Assembly (NCBI GenBank): GCA_016182965.1
Contig: JACPFM010000129.1
Location: forward strand, 1,366-65,365
Direction: 5' to 3'
DNA from: Deltaproteobacteria bacterium
GTDB lineage: Bacteria > Myxococcota_A > Polyangia > Polyangiales > JADJMO01
Length of the DNA: 64,000 nucleotides
The notes under the pieces are model-generated. The model did not search any database. It worked only from the letters and a program-made list of their open reading frames with translations, and had not been told where the DNA came from. Below, one piece after another: positions 30,490 through 43,595 of this stretch. Numbering within the stretch: the first letter of the stretch is position 1; the number at the start of each line of letters is the position of its first letter. The translations under genes and the position numbers were made by a program.

Positions 30490-31170
30490 ATGGCCTCGTC
30501 CTTCGCGCGTCTGGCGCTGCCGATCGGCGGAGCCAGCGTGGCCCTCGGTCTGTCGGTGAAGGCGCTCGCCGAGGTCGCCCTGGGGGACCTGGTGACGTTC
30601 GACGAGCGCGTGCTGCGCTCGCTCGCCGACGTGCGCACCGGATGGCTCAACGCGAGGGCGGTGGACTTCACGGCGCTCGGATCCGGGACGCTCCTGATCA
30701 TCGCGACCTTCGTCATCGGCCTCATGTTGATGTCGACCCGCGACCTCTTCGGCGCGCTGCAGCTCGCGCTCGCCGCCAGCGGCGCCGCGTTGTGGACGTT
30801 CGTGTTCAAGCACTGGTTCGCGCGACCGCGCCCTTCGGTCGTCGAGCACCTCGTGGTGGTGTCGCAGGCCGGGTACTCCTACCCGAGCGGGCACGCGCTC
30901 GGCACCGCGGCCGCCTACTTCGCGTTCGCGCTGGTCGCGCGTCGGCATCTCCCGCGGCACGTCACGCGCGAGATCCTCGTCGGGTTCGCGCTGCTCCTCA
31001 TCCTCGTGGTCAGCGCGTCCCGCGTGTACCTCGGCGTGCACTACGCGAGCGACGTGCTCGCGGGGGTGCTCATCGGCGTCGGCTGGTCGCTGCTCGTCGC
31101 CGGCGTGTTCTCCGTCCTCGAGCGCGCGCGGTTCCGCCGCTCGATGGCCAGCCTGGTCGCCGAGCCGTGA
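30490..31170 (+). CDS. PAP2 family phosphatase
   Basis: KHWFARPRP, SYPSGHA, SRVYLGVHYASDVLAG. Confidence 0.92.
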   Translation: MASSFARLALPIGGASVALGLSVKALAEVALGDLVTFDERVLRSLADVRTGWLNARAVDFTALGSGTLLIIATFVIGLMLMSTRDLFGALQLALAASGAALWTFVFKHWFARPRPSVVEHLVVVSQAGYSYPSGHALGTAAAYFAFALVARRHLPRHVTREILVGFALLLILVVSASRVYLGVHYASDVLAGVLIGVGWSLLVAGVFSVLERARFRRSMASLVAEP

Positions 31171-31199
31171 GGTCGCCAGGCGATCCCCCGGCCAGGCAA

Positions 31200-31220
31200 T
31201 CCCGGACTTCAGTCCGGGGG
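31200..31220 (+). repeat. REP-like palindrome TCCCGGACTTCAGTCCGGGGG
   Basis: Perfect 7-bp stem with TTCA loop between convergent genes; identical 21-mer on the opposite strand at 53306-53326. Confidence 0.75.
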
Positions 31221-31225
31221 GACTC

Positions 31226-32950
31226 TCATCCGCTCGCCTCGGCGAGCCCGCGGCCCATGGAGATCGCCTCGTCGAACGTGTCGCAGAAGTACACGTGATC
31301 GTGGCGCACCGAGAGGTTCGCCTTCTGGAAGACACGGCGCGGCTCGGGCAGCGGGCCGGCGATGATCACCTTCTTCTTGGCGATCGCCAGACGCTCGAGC
31401 GCGCTCTCGAGCGCGACGAGCCCCGTCGCATCGATGACGGGCACGCGCCCGAGCGCGAGGACCACGACCTTCGCCTTGCTGCCCACGGTGTGCAGGCGGC
31501 TCATCGCGTTCTGCGCGGCGCCGAAGAAGAGCGGGCCGGCGATCTCGTACACCGAGACGCCCTCCGGCAGGTCGCGGTGCTCCGCGGGCGCCTCCTCGTC
31601 GATCAGGCGCGCGTGCGTCAGCTCCGCCATGCGCCGCATGAAGAGGAGCGCCGCCATCACCACGCCGGCGGTCACCGCGATCACCATGTCGAAGGCGACG
31701 GTCAGGCCGTAGCACGCGAGCAGGACCGACACGTCGCTCTTCGGCGCGACCTTCAGCGTGTGCACGAAGTGCCGCACCTCGGACATGTTCCACGCGACCA
31801 GCAGGAGCAGCCCGGCAAGCGCCGCCATCGGCACGTAGGCCACGAACGGCGCGAGCAGGAGGATCGCCGCGAGCACCACCACCGAGTGCGTGACCGCGGC
31901 GAACGGCGTGCGGCCGCCGGCGCGCACGTTGGTCGCGGTGCGGGCGAGCGCGCCGGTCGCCGCGATGCCGCCGAAGAAGGGGGCGACGATGTTGCCGACG
32001 CCGAGGCCCACGAGCTCCGCGTCGGGATCGTGCTTGGTGCCCGCCATGCCGTCGGCGATGACCGCCGACAGGAGCGACTCGATCGCGCCGAGCATCGCGA
32101 TGGCGAACGCCGGTCCGAGCAGCTCGCGCGCCTGCTGGAGCCCGAACCCTGGACCCCACGGCAGCATCGGCCGCGGGGGCAGCGGCGGGATGCCGAGGTA
32201 GGTCGTGTCGCCGATGACCGTCTTGAACTTGCTGCCGATGGTGGCGACCTCGAACGAGGGCATCAGCCGGTGCAGCAGCGTCGTCGCCATCGTGACGCCG
32301 ACGATGGCCACGAGCGGCGCCGGCACGCGCTTGGTCACGCGCGGGAGCAGCAGGAGGATCGCGAGGGTCGACGCGGCGACCGCGAGCTCGGCGAAGCGCA
32401 TCGTGCCGCGCGCAGACCACAGCGCGTGCACCTTGCCGAAGTAGGTCTCCGGCATCTCGGCGACCTTCAGGCCGAGCGCGTCGCGCAGCTGCAGCGTCGC
32501 GATGACGGTGCCGATGCCGGCGGTGAAGCCGGTCGTCACGGGGTGCGGGATGTACTCGATGAGCCGCCCCATGCGGGCGAAGCCCATCGCCACCAGGATG
32601 AGCCCGGCGAGCAGCCCGGCCGTGAGCAGCCCCGAAAGGCCGTACTTCGTGACGATCGGCGCGAGGATGACGACGAACGCGGCCGTCGGCCCGGTGACCT
32701 GCAGCCTCGAGCCGCCGAGCAGCGCGACGACGATTCCGGCGACGATCGCCGTGTAGAGGCCGTGCTGAGGCGGTACGCCGACTGCGATGCCGAGCGCCAT
32801 CGACAGCGGCAGCGCGACGATGCCGACCACGAGGCCGGCGAGCACGTCGGCGCGGAGGGTCTCGCGGCCGTATCCCTCGGCGAGGCTGCGGCGGAGGGCC
32901 GCCGCGAACAACATCTTCTTCGGCTCACGACGCGATGCAGGCAGGGACAC
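31226..32950 (-). CDS. dauA: SulP family C4-dicarboxylate/anion transporter with STAS domain
   Basis: ADVLAGLVVGIVALPLSMAL, GPTAAF, AIESLLSA, ALARTATN, GPLFFGAA, DATG; start may be 32914. Confidence 0.88.
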   Translation of the reverse strand: MSLPASRREPKKMLFAAALRRSLAEGYGRETLRADVLAGLVVGIVALPLSMALGIAVGVPPQHGLYTAIVAGIVVALLGGSRLQVTGPTAAFVVILAPIVTKYGLSGLLTAGLLAGLILVAMGFARMGRLIEYIPHPVTTGFTAGIGTVIATLQLRDALGLKVAEMPETYFGKVHALWSARGTMRFAELAVAASTLAILLLLPRVTKRVPAPLVAIVGVTMATTLLHRLMPSFEVATIGSKFKTVIGDTTYLGIPPLPPRPMLPWGPGFGLQQARELLGPAFAIAMLGAIESLLSAVIADGMAGTKHDPDAELVGLGVGNIVAPFFGGIAATGALARTATNVRAGGRTPFAAVTHSVVVLAAILLLAPFVAYVPMAALAGLLLLVAWNMSEVRHFVHTLKVAPKSDVSVLLACYGLTVAFDMVIAVTAGVVMAALLFMRRMAELTHARLIDEEAPAEHRDLPEGVSVYEIAGPLFFGAAQNAMSRLHTVGSKAKVVVLALGRVPVIDATGLVALESALERLAIAKKKVIIAGPLPEPRRVFQKANLSVRHDHVYFCDTFDEAISMGRGLAEASG

Positions 32951-33111
32951 GAATTGGGCTCGGAGTGTAGCGCCCCGCGCCGGACGTCCAAACCTTTCGA
33001 CCACCTTTTCCGCGTGCTCCAGCAACGGTCGAGGTGTCGCGCATGGTTTCGGCCAGCGTCGCGCCGATCGGTGGCCCGCGCAGTGCAGCGCCTCATGGCG
33101 GAGGCCACACC

Positions 33112-33645
33112 ATGTTCGACAGACCGACCGACCCGACCGTTCGGGCCAGAGCCGAGGAGAAGATCGTCACCGCGTACTTCGACCGTGCCGACACGGCGAA
33201 CCGCGCGTACATCGAGCTCAAGGCTGCCGGCATCGATCCGGGCCGCATGACGATCCTCGCCAACCAGAACTTCGCGCGGAAGGATCTGGCCATCACCGAG
33301 CACACCAAGGCGCCCGAGGGCGCGGCGTCGGGTGCGGCGCTCGGCGCCGGCGTCGGCGCGCTCGCGGGCGCGTTGACGGTCGCCGGCTCGCTGCTGATCC
33401 CGGGCATCGGCTGGATCGCCGGGCCGCTCGTCGGCGCGCTGGTGGGCGCGGGCGCCGGCACCGTGACCGGCGGCATCGTCGGCGCCCTCGTCGGCGCGGG
33501 CATGCCCGAGCACGAGGCGAAGGTCGTCGAGGACGCGCTCCGTCAGGGCGGCGTCGTCATCGCGGTGCACTCGTCGCCGCGCCACGTGGACGACATCCGG
33601 CGCCTGCTGAAGCACAACGGCGGTCGTGCGCTCTCGCTGAGCTGA
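33112..33645 (+). CDS. General stress protein 17M-like membrane protein
   Basis: GGAGG RBS; KAPEGAASGA, IPGIGWIAGPL, GMPEHEAK. Confidence 0.75.
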   Translation: MFDRPTDPTVRARAEEKIVTAYFDRADTANRAYIELKAAGIDPGRMTILANQNFARKDLAITEHTKAPEGAASGAALGAGVGALAGALTVAGSLLIPGIGWIAGPLVGALVGAGAGTVTGGIVGALVGAGMPEHEAKVVEDALRQGGVVIAVHSSPRHVDDIRRLLKHNGGRALSLS

Positions 33646-33667
33646 GCTTCGGCGCGCGCGAACGCGA

Positions 33668-34168
33668 TCAGGACCCGAGGGTGAGCGGCACGGCGCCCTC
33701 ACCCTCGGTCTTGAGCCACATCGCCGCCTGCTCGCTCTCGTAGGCGAGCTGCCCTTCGTGGCGGAACTCGAAGCGGTAGATCGAGAACACGCGCGACTTG
33801 CCGCGGCGCACCTTCACCTGCGTGCACGAGCAGACCATCGGCGCGCCCGGGGTGACGAGCTTGCGGAAGACGGCGCTGCGGATGTGGGTGCCGAAGCCGA
33901 TCCACCCGTCTGCGTGGCGCAGCCCCTCGAGGTGGTAGGCGTGCACGAACCCGAGGTTGGCGGTCAGCTGGATCATCACCGCGCCGTTGACGTGTCGCGG
34001 GTGCCGCACCGGGTGTGCGCGTTGCGCGTCGGTGAACGGCAGCGGCTGCGTCGTCGGCATGCGGCAGGTCACCCGCTTCGCCTCGCGATCGAGCTCCAAG
34101 GCGTCGAAGAAGAGCACCGACGGGTCGTAGGGCATGTCGGCGAGGAACTCGGGCGAGAACGGCTCCAT
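33668..34168 (-). CDS. Hotdog-fold protein (FabA/FabZ-like)
   Basis: MPY..LFFD, HPRHVNG, FRKLVTPG. Confidence 0.6.
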   Translation of the reverse strand: MEPFSPEFLADMPYDPSVLFFDALELDREAKRVTCRMPTTQPLPFTDAQRAHPVRHPRHVNGAVMIQLTANLGFVHAYHLEGLRHADGWIGFGTHIRSAVFRKLVTPGAPMVCSCTQVKVRRGKSRVFSIYRFEFRHEGQLAYESEQAAMWLKTEGEGAVPLTLGS

Positions 34169-34240
34169 CGGGGGATGCCCATAGCAGCGCCGGCCCTGGG
34201 TGGCAGCACCGCGCCGGTTTGCCTGCGCGTGCCCGGTTCG

Positions 34241-34308
34241 AGGTCGAGGGTCGAAGGTCGAACGAGAGCGGAGAGGCTTCTCGACCTTCGACCTTCGACC
34301 CTCGACCT
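34241..34308. repeat. Perfect 22-bp inverted repeat built from GGTCGAA heptamers
   Basis: AGGTCGAGGGTCGAAGGTCGAA (34241-34262) pairs with TTCGACCTTCGACCCTCGACCT (34287-34308). Confidence 0.9.
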
Positions 34309-34324
34309 TCTCTATGATGCGCGC

Positions 34325-34615
34325 ATGTCCAAGGAGCTCGTTCGCTCGTTCGTCGCGACCTTCGGGGCGGTGTTCCTCGCCGAGCTCGGAGACAAGACGC
34401 AGCTCGCCACGATGGCGATGGCGGGCACCGCGGGCAGCGCGCGGGGGCGGTGGCTCGTGTTCCTCGCCGCGGCGACCGCGCTCGTGGCCACGAGCGCGCT
34501 CGGCGTGCTCGGCGGCGCGGTCATCGGCCGCTACGTGCGCGCGCAGACGATCGAACGCCTCGCGGGTGCGCTGTTCATCGTGCTCGGCGTGCTGATGCTC
34601 GTGCGCGCGAAGTGA
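34325..34615 (+). CDS. TMEM165/GDT1 (UPF0016) family single-domain protein
   Basis: FLAELGDKTQLAT signature. Confidence 0.9.
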   Translation: MSKELVRSFVATFGAVFLAELGDKTQLATMAMAGTAGSARGRWLVFLAAATALVATSALGVLGGAVIGRYVRAQTIERLAGALFIVLGVLMLVRAK

Positions 34616-34630
34616 GCCCGCGAGGCGTGG

Positions 34631-35029
34631 TCACTCCTTGGCGGTCTTGATGCGGCTGCTGCTCGGCCCGAAGACGCGCTCCTGGGCCTCGGCGACCGCC
34701 TTGATCTCGGTCTCGAGATCGGAGAGCGGCTCCCTGAACTCGACCACCGTGAGCCACGACCACACGCCGCGATCGGTGCGACGCTCGCTGCGGACGACCC
34801 GCGCCTCGACATCGCGCGGCGGCCGCTCCTCGTCGAGGTACAGGCTCAGCGTCAGGTCGGCGCCGACCTCACGGTGTGCTTGCGTGAGGATCTGCGCGCC
34901 GACGACGCTCAGCTCACGGATCATCCCGGTGAGCGGCTTGTTGTCGTGCACGCGCTCCTGAACGGGAAAGCACGCGAGATGACGCGTGCCACGACGACGA
35001 TCGTTCCCCCCGTCTCCCTGCGCGCTCAT
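34631..35029 (-). CDS. PilZ domain protein
   Basis: DRRRGTRH (RxxxR) and ELSVVGA (D/NxSxxG-like), VEARVVR. Confidence 0.75.
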   Translation of the reverse strand: MSAQGDGGNDRRRGTRHLACFPVQERVHDNKPLTGMIRELSVVGAQILTQAHREVGADLTLSLYLDEERPPRDVEARVVRSERRTDRGVWSWLTVVEFREPLSDLETEIKAVAEAQERVFGPSSSRIKTAKE

Positions 35030-35289
35030 GCTCCCAGGATACGCCAAACGGACCTGCGCGGGATCAAACAGCGGAGGCGGCGGCTGCCGTTCGCCCTCGG
35101 GCGACGAAGATCGGCGGCCAGGAGGCCGCCGAGGCCGATCGCCAGGGCGTCTCCGCTGGTCAGCGTCCTGTCGTGCAGCCCCGCGTTGGCCAACCCGAAC
35201 GACTCGTGTGCGATGGTATCGCCTCCGACGCCGGCCCGGGGGGGGCGCTATGCTCGGGCCACATGCGTGCCTGGCGTGCCGGCCGTACG

Positions 35290-36327
35290 ATGCGCGCGAC
35301 CGCCGTGTCGATCGCGACATCGCTCGTCGCGTCGCTCGCGGGCTGCGCGCTCGACAAAGCGGGCACCGCGGGCGACGAGCCGTTCCTCGACGAAGACGCG
35401 CGTCCAGACGCCGCGCTCGCCGAGACGCCGGCCGACGCCGAGATCGACACGTCGGCGCCCGACACGACCGACGACGACACCTCGGCGCCGGACACCCTGG
35501 TCGCCGACACCTACGTCGTCGACACCCTCATGCCGGATGGCGACGGCTCTACGTGCAACGAGACCGCGTGCGGCGCGCCGCTGCCGAGCGGCGCGAAGCG
35601 CGTCGCGCTCGTCGATCGCGGCATCGCGTGCCCGCCCGGCTTCAAGGCGACCGACGTGGTCGAGGGCAAGACCGGCGACGGCTGCACGTGCTCCTGCACC
35701 GTCGCCGTCGCGCCGCTCTGTCCCTCGACGGGCTCGGTGCAGATCCACCACGGCACCTCGGCGACCTGTGCGACCACCGGCAACGTGCTGTACCCGCCGG
35801 GCAGCGGGGTCTGCATGCCGCTCGGTTTCCCCGGTGTCGTCGCCGACTACGTGCGGCTCACGCCCCCGGCGCCGCTCGGCGGCGCGTGCGTGCCCGCGTC
35901 GACCGCCGACAAGAACGCGGTGGTCCGTCCTCGCCGTCTGTGCGAGCCGCTCTCCGGCACGTGCGCGGCCGCCATCTGCGCCTCGCCGTTCACCGAGTGC
36001 ATCGAGTACGCGGGCGCGTGCCCGACGGCGTTCCCCAACGCGGTGCCGGTCGGCTCCGACGCGTACGTCACCTGCCCCACGTGCACCTGCTCGATCTCCG
36101 CCACCTGCACCGGCACGCTGTCGCTGTTCAACACCGCTGGCTGCGGCGGCACGGCGATCCCGATCCCCGCCGACGACGTTTGCCGATCGCAGCCGTCCGC
36201 CGGCGCGAGCGTGTCGCACTACAAGTACGCGGCGAACCCGCCGGCCGGCCCCGCGTGCAAGGCGAGCTTCACGGCGGCCCCCGGAACGCGCACGATCATC
36301 GGGCAGCGGAACCTCTGTTGCCGGTGA
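35290..36327 (+). CDS. Cys-rich lipoprotein
   Basis: Lipobox LAGC; DT-rich linker; CTCSC repeats; C-terminal CCR; start may be 35263. Confidence 0.75.
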   Translation: MRATAVSIATSLVASLAGCALDKAGTAGDEPFLDEDARPDAALAETPADAEIDTSAPDTTDDDTSAPDTLVADTYVVDTLMPDGDGSTCNETACGAPLPSGAKRVALVDRGIACPPGFKATDVVEGKTGDGCTCSCTVAVAPLCPSTGSVQIHHGTSATCATTGNVLYPPGSGVCMPLGFPGVVADYVRLTPPAPLGGACVPASTADKNAVVRPRRLCEPLSGTCAAAICASPFTECIEYAGACPTAFPNAVPVGSDAYVTCPTCTCSISATCTGTLSLFNTAGCGGTAIPIPADDVCRSQPSAGASVSHYKYAANPPAGPACKASFTAAPGTRTIIGQRNLCCR

Positions 36328-36367
36328 GCGCTTGCTCTCGGCCCTCCGGCCGCGCAAGCTCTCGCCC

Positions 36368-37234
36368 GTGAAGAGGTGGCTCGCTGCGACGATCACGCTC
36401 GCCGTCGCGTGGCTCGCGTGCGCCGCGCCCGCGGGCAAGCCGGCCGCGCCCCGCCCGACGGCGCCGCCGATCGCCGCCTCCTCGGCGCCGCACCTCGAGG
36501 CGTCGCCCGCCGCCAGCCACGCCCCCGACGAGCACGACGAGCACGACGACGACGACGAGCCTCCGCCGGTCGCGCCCTCCGCCTCGATCGTCGCGCCCGC
36601 GACGGCGGCGGCGTGCAACCCGCAGCAGGCGTTCGAGTTCCTCGAGCGCAAGAGCTACATCCCGGTCAAGACGAAGAAGGCCGAGCACGACAAGGCGCTG
36701 AAGTTCCGCACGCAGAACTACGGGTGGGTGAAGGGCTTCGGCGAGCAGAGCTGGAACCCGACGCCGGCCAAGGCCAACGCCGTCGCGATCACCGTCTTCG
36801 GCCTTCCGATCACGGTGAACAAGAAGATCATCCCTGCGCTCCGCTGCGTCGAGGCCGAGATCCAGTCGTCATGCGCGGCGTTCCCCTACAAGCCCGGGGT
36901 CCTCTCCGGGCTGCGCGACAAGAACACCTACCGCGCCGGCGAGGTCACCAACCACCTCTACGGCATCGCCATCGACATCGATCCGCTCCTCAACTCGTGC
37001 TGCGGCTGCGTGAAGAAGTGGCAGGCGAGCCCGTTGTGCAAGAAGAAGGCGAAGACCATCTGGGACCGCATGTCGATGCCCAAATGCTGGGTCGACGCCT
37101 TCGAGAAGTACGGCTTCTACTGGCTGGGCCACGACAAGCTGCAAGACACGATGCACTTCGAGTTCCTCGCCGACCCCGACCAGATCATGGTCACGCCCGG
37201 CGCCGCCAAGCCGGTCGCCGCCAAGCAGCCCTGA
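36368..37234 (+). CDS. M15 family metallopeptidase lipoprotein (D,D-carboxypeptidase-like)
   Basis: Lipobox WLAC; TNHLYGIAIDID, FEKYGFYWLG, DTMHFEF. Confidence 0.82.
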   Translation: MKRWLAATITLAVAWLACAAPAGKPAAPRPTAPPIAASSAPHLEASPAASHAPDEHDEHDDDDEPPPVAPSASIVAPATAAACNPQQAFEFLERKSYIPVKTKKAEHDKALKFRTQNYGWVKGFGEQSWNPTPAKANAVAITVFGLPITVNKKIIPALRCVEAEIQSSCAAFPYKPGVLSGLRDKNTYRAGEVTNHLYGIAIDIDPLLNSCCGCVKKWQASPLCKKKAKTIWDRMSMPKCWVDAFEKYGFYWLGHDKLQDTMHFEFLADPDQIMVTPGAAKPVAAKQP

Positions 37235-37274
37235 GGGGGTTCGACCTTACCTTCGAGCATCCTCCGACGGGTCT

Positions 37275-37931
37275 TCAGACACCGAGCGGCGTCTGTTCGG
37301 TGACGGGCGCGTCGCCTTCGTCGGAGAAGCGCGGGGGCGAGGTCGACGCGCGGCCCTCGACGATGCGCTGCCGCTCGATCTGCTCGGCCGTCCACATCGG
37401 CGCGTTCGGCTCGTAGACCCAGCCCTCGAGCTCCCACTGGTCGGCGCGCGCCCGGAAGTCGATCGCGCCGGCGCGGCCGATCGCCTCGGCCACGCGTCGC
37501 GCGATGTCCCGATCGCAACGCGCGACGACGATGATCCCGCCGCGGCGCAGGCACTCGTGCGCGATCTTCGCGTCCTCCCGCGCGACGCCGAGCTCCACGA
37601 GGTCGTCGACCGGTGATCCGGTGCGCGACAGCGACGCTGCGCCGCCGAGGACGGCGAGCGGTCCCGCGGTCAGCAGCCCCGCGAGCGGGATGGCGCAGAG
37701 CACGATGCCCACCAGCGTCACGGTGAGGCCCGCCGTCGTCGCGACCGAGCCGCTGGACAGATCGAACGCGCCCTCGTGCTGCTCGCGCAGGTCGGGCGGC
37801 ACGGCCGCGTGGTGGACGATCACCGAGATCTCGTCGGTCGGCACGCCGAGCGATTTGACCGCGGCGATGCCGTGCTCGGCGGAGCGCAGGTCGTCGAAGA
37901 CGCCCATCAACACCATCATCTTGCGGGCCAT
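37275..37931 (-). CDS. General stress protein-like membrane protein
   Basis: GVFDD..AEHGIAAV, IPLAGLLTAGPL, LVELGV..LRRGGIIV. Confidence 0.65.
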   Translation of the reverse strand: MARKMMVLMGVFDDLRSAEHGIAAVKSLGVPTDEISVIVHHAAVPPDLREQHEGAFDLSSGSVATTAGLTVTLVGIVLCAIPLAGLLTAGPLAVLGGAASLSRTGSPVDDLVELGVAREDAKIAHECLRRGGIIVVARCDRDIARRVAEAIGRAGAIDFRARADQWELEGWVYEPNAPMWTAEQIERQRIVEGRASTSPPRFSDEGDAPVTEQTPLGV

Positions 37932-38188
37932 GCGGGACCTTTCGTCCAGTCCGGCGGCCACTCGGGCCGCGCCTGGGTCAGCAGCAGGTACACGGTGAAC
38001 GCGACCGCGAAGAGGACGAAGAACGCGAACAGCGAGTAGAGCGCCAGATAGCTGATGCTCTTCTTCGCGCGGTACACGCCGACCGTGCGCGGCAGCGGCA
38101 CCGAGGGGCGCCAGGACGGCCCCCGCGACGGTGAGGACGGTGTCGTCGTGACGATCAGCTCGGGTCTCGATGGCGTGGCTGGGTTCAT
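37916..38188 (-). CDS. Small membrane protein
   Basis: MNPATP start, single strong TM helix. Confidence 0.5.
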   Translation of the reverse strand: MNPATPSRPELIVTTTPSSPSRGPSWRPSVPLPRTVGVYRAKKSISYLALYSLFAFFVLFAVAFTVYLLLTQARPEWPPDWTKGPAWPAR

Positions 38189-38442
38189 GCGGCCTCGTCC
38201 GTCGACGCGCGTGCGCCGGCGAGCGAACGTCGAGCACGAACCGTGCGCGTGCAGCGGCTGCACGCTCGGGCCGCTCCCGAAGCGCAGCTCAGATGGGCCG
38301 CCGCCCGAGGTGCTTCAGTCCGTTCACTCCACGAGCGCCGCGGGCGTGGTCGTCCCGGAGAGCGTCGTGGCCTCGAGCGAGATGCGTCTTTACAGGAGGA
38401 AGGCGGAAGCAAGCCCGAAGCGCATTCCGCGGAGTATACGCG

Positions 38443-41562
<3,120 letters not shown>

Positions 41563-41566
41563 GAGG

Positions 41567-42766
41567 TCACTCCGCGACTTCCACGGCCTGGCCGTCCTTC
41601 GCTTCTGGCGGCGGGTTCGCGAGCACGGTCTCGCTCGCGGTCACGCCGGAGCGCACGAGCAGCGCGCCGCCGTCGCCGCGCGTGAAGACGATCTTCGCGA
41701 CGCGCAGCTTGCCCTTCTCGACCACGAGGATCTCGTCCTGCGCGCCGGGGCGGAGCGCCGTCGAGGGGAGCTTGATCACCGGCAGCGCCGAGCCGCCGGC
41801 GATGTGCGCGCGCACGAAGGTGCCGGCGAGGATCGGCTCGGCCCCCGGCTCGTGATCGTTGGGCAGCTCGGCCTCGACGACGATGCGGCGGGTGGCCGGA
41901 TCGACGACCGGGAGCACCGCGGTGACCTTCGCCTGCACCGTCCGGTTGGCGCTCTCGATGCGCACGGTGACCTCGGCGCCGACCTTCACGAGCGACGCGT
42001 CGAGCTCGTTGACGGTGCCGATGAGGCGCAGCCGCGAGACGTCCTTCATCTGGAAGATCGGCATGCCCGCGGCGACGAGGCCGCCGAGCGCCGTCGGCGC
42101 CATGGTGACGAAGCCGGAGAACGGCGCGTAGAGCGTGTGGTTCTTCACGTTGGCGCCCGCGAGCGCGAGCTGCGCCTGCGCGCCCTCGAGCTGCGCGCTC
42201 ACCAGATCGAGCTGCCCCGAGGCCTGGGTCTGCTGCACTTCGGGCGCCGCGCCGCTCTTCACCATCGCCGCGGTGCGCTCGGCGCTGTCTTTGGCGAGCG
42301 CCAGCTGCGCCTTGGCCGCCTTGATCTGCGCGGCGGCGGCGCTCGACTGCGCGTGCGCCTCCGTCGCGTCGAGCGCGGCGAGCAGATCGCCCTTCTTCAC
42401 GAAGTCGCCGATCTTCACGTTGAGCTTCGCGAGCGGACCGGTGGCCTTGAACGCGAGGTTCGCCTCCTGGACGGGCTGCAGCGTGCCGTCGAACGGCACG
42501 CGTGGAGCCCAGGTCGTCGACTCGCCGTGCAGCACCTTCACCGTCAACGGCCCCGACGACTTCGCCGTCGCCTCCTCCGCGCTGCGCGCGCGATCGACCT
42601 CGAGCGATTTCTGCTTGGCGACCGCCGACTTCACCTTCAGGCCGACCGGCACGGCCATGCCGACCAGCGCGAGCGCGATGACGATCTTCGTGATCGGCGA
42701 CGACCCATGCGGCGGGCGCAGGGTCGGCATGGTGGCGGCGGTGGGAGGAGGGATCTCGGAGCTCAT
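41567..42766 (-). CDS. RND periplasmic adaptor subunit
   Basis: VKIGDFVKKGDLLAALD, LYAPFSG, VDPATR, LPSTAL. Confidence 0.92.
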   Translation of the reverse strand: MSSEIPPPTAATMPTLRPPHGSSPITKIVIALALVGMAVPVGLKVKSAVAKQKSLEVDRARSAEEATAKSSGPLTVKVLHGESTTWAPRVPFDGTLQPVQEANLAFKATGPLAKLNVKIGDFVKKGDLLAALDATEAHAQSSAAAAQIKAAKAQLALAKDSAERTAAMVKSGAAPEVQQTQASGQLDLVSAQLEGAQAQLALAGANVKNHTLYAPFSGFVTMAPTALGGLVAAGMPIFQMKDVSRLRLIGTVNELDASLVKVGAEVTVRIESANRTVQAKVTAVLPVVDPATRRIVVEAELPNDHEPGAEPILAGTFVRAHIAGGSALPVIKLPSTALRPGAQDEILVVEKGKLRVAKIVFTRGDGGALLVRSGVTASETVLANPPPEAKDGQAVEVAE

Positions 42767-42783
42767 GACGTGGGCCTCTGGAT

Positions 42784-43575
42784 TCAGCCGGTGGAACGGC
42801 GCGGAGCGCGCTTCTTGGCGAGACGAACCCCCCCGGGCTCGTGGGACGACGGAGACGACGGTACGGACGAGGACGACGCCGGAGATGCCGTCGTTCCCGG
42901 GCGAGGTGCAACGTGGCTGACCGGCGGGTCAGGAACTTGCGAGTTCTGGGCCAACGCCGCGCCCGCCAGCCTCGGATCGAGCAGGCCGCCGAGCAGCACG
43001 CGCTGGACCCCGCGGACCCACGCGCGGATGTCCGGCTTCCTGTCCTGCCGGACGAGTGTCCGGGCGATGCGGTCGTATGCGCCCGCGACGACGACGCTGG
43101 CCACCTCGACGTCGAGGTCGGGGCGGTAGTAGCCGCGGCTCATTCCGAGCGCGAGCCAACCCTTGGTGCGCTCGCGCGCGCGCTCGGCGATCGCGTCGAC
43201 CAGATGACCGAACTGCGCGCTGCCGCCGCCGTGCAGCAGGAGCCGCGTGAGACCGCGGTTCTGCCAGAGGAACTCGAAGAGCTCGACCTCGCGCTCGAAC
43301 CACGCCTCGGCCACCTCGGGCTGGGTCGCGTCGACCGGACAGCAGGACGGGTCCATGTCGTCGATGAAGGAAGCCAGGCGCGCCACCATCGCCTCGACGA
43401 TGTGGCGGAAGGCCTCCTCCTTGCTCTCGAAATGCAGGTAGAAGCTGCCCTTGGACCTCCCGGCGCGGGCGGTGATCTCCTCGACGCGCGCGCGCTCGAG
43501 ACCTCGCTCCACGAACACCGCCTCTGCGGCGCGCAGCAGCTCCACCTTCGCGTTGGGGTCGACGGGTCGCGCCAT
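42784..43575 (-). CDS. TetR/AcrR family regulator
   Basis: LLRAAEAVFVERG..VEEITARAGRSKGSFYLHFESKE. Confidence 0.92.
   Translation of the reverse strand: MARPVDPNAKVELLRAAEAVFVERGLERARVEEITARAGRSKGSFYLHFESKEEAFRHIVEAMVARLASFIDDMDPSCCPVDATQPEVAEAWFEREVELFEFLWQNRGLTRLLLHGGGSAQFGHLVDAIAERARERTKGWLALGMSRGYYRPDLDVEVASVVVAGAYDRIARTLVRQDRKPDIRAWVRGVQRVLLGGLLDPRLAGAALAQNSQVPDPPVSHVAPRPGTTASPASSSSVPSSPSSHEPGGVRLAKKRAPRRSTG
42918..42931. promoter_or_regulatory. Putative TetR operator 2 (TGACCGGCGGGTCA)
   Basis: TGAC-N6-GTCA palindrome, 13/14 identical to the site at 43582. Confidence 0.55.
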
Positions 43576-43581
43576 GATTGT

Positions 43582-43595
43582 TGACCGGCGAGTCA
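43582..43595. promoter_or_regulatory. Putative TetR operator 1 (TGACCGGCGAGTCA)
   Basis: Palindrome 6 nt upstream of the tetR start codon. Confidence 0.6.

Noticed and set aside
34170-34324. yybP-ykoY Mn riboswitch upstream of the GDT1-family gene
   Set aside because: I could not identify the conserved riboswitch motifs by eye; an Rfam scan would be needed.
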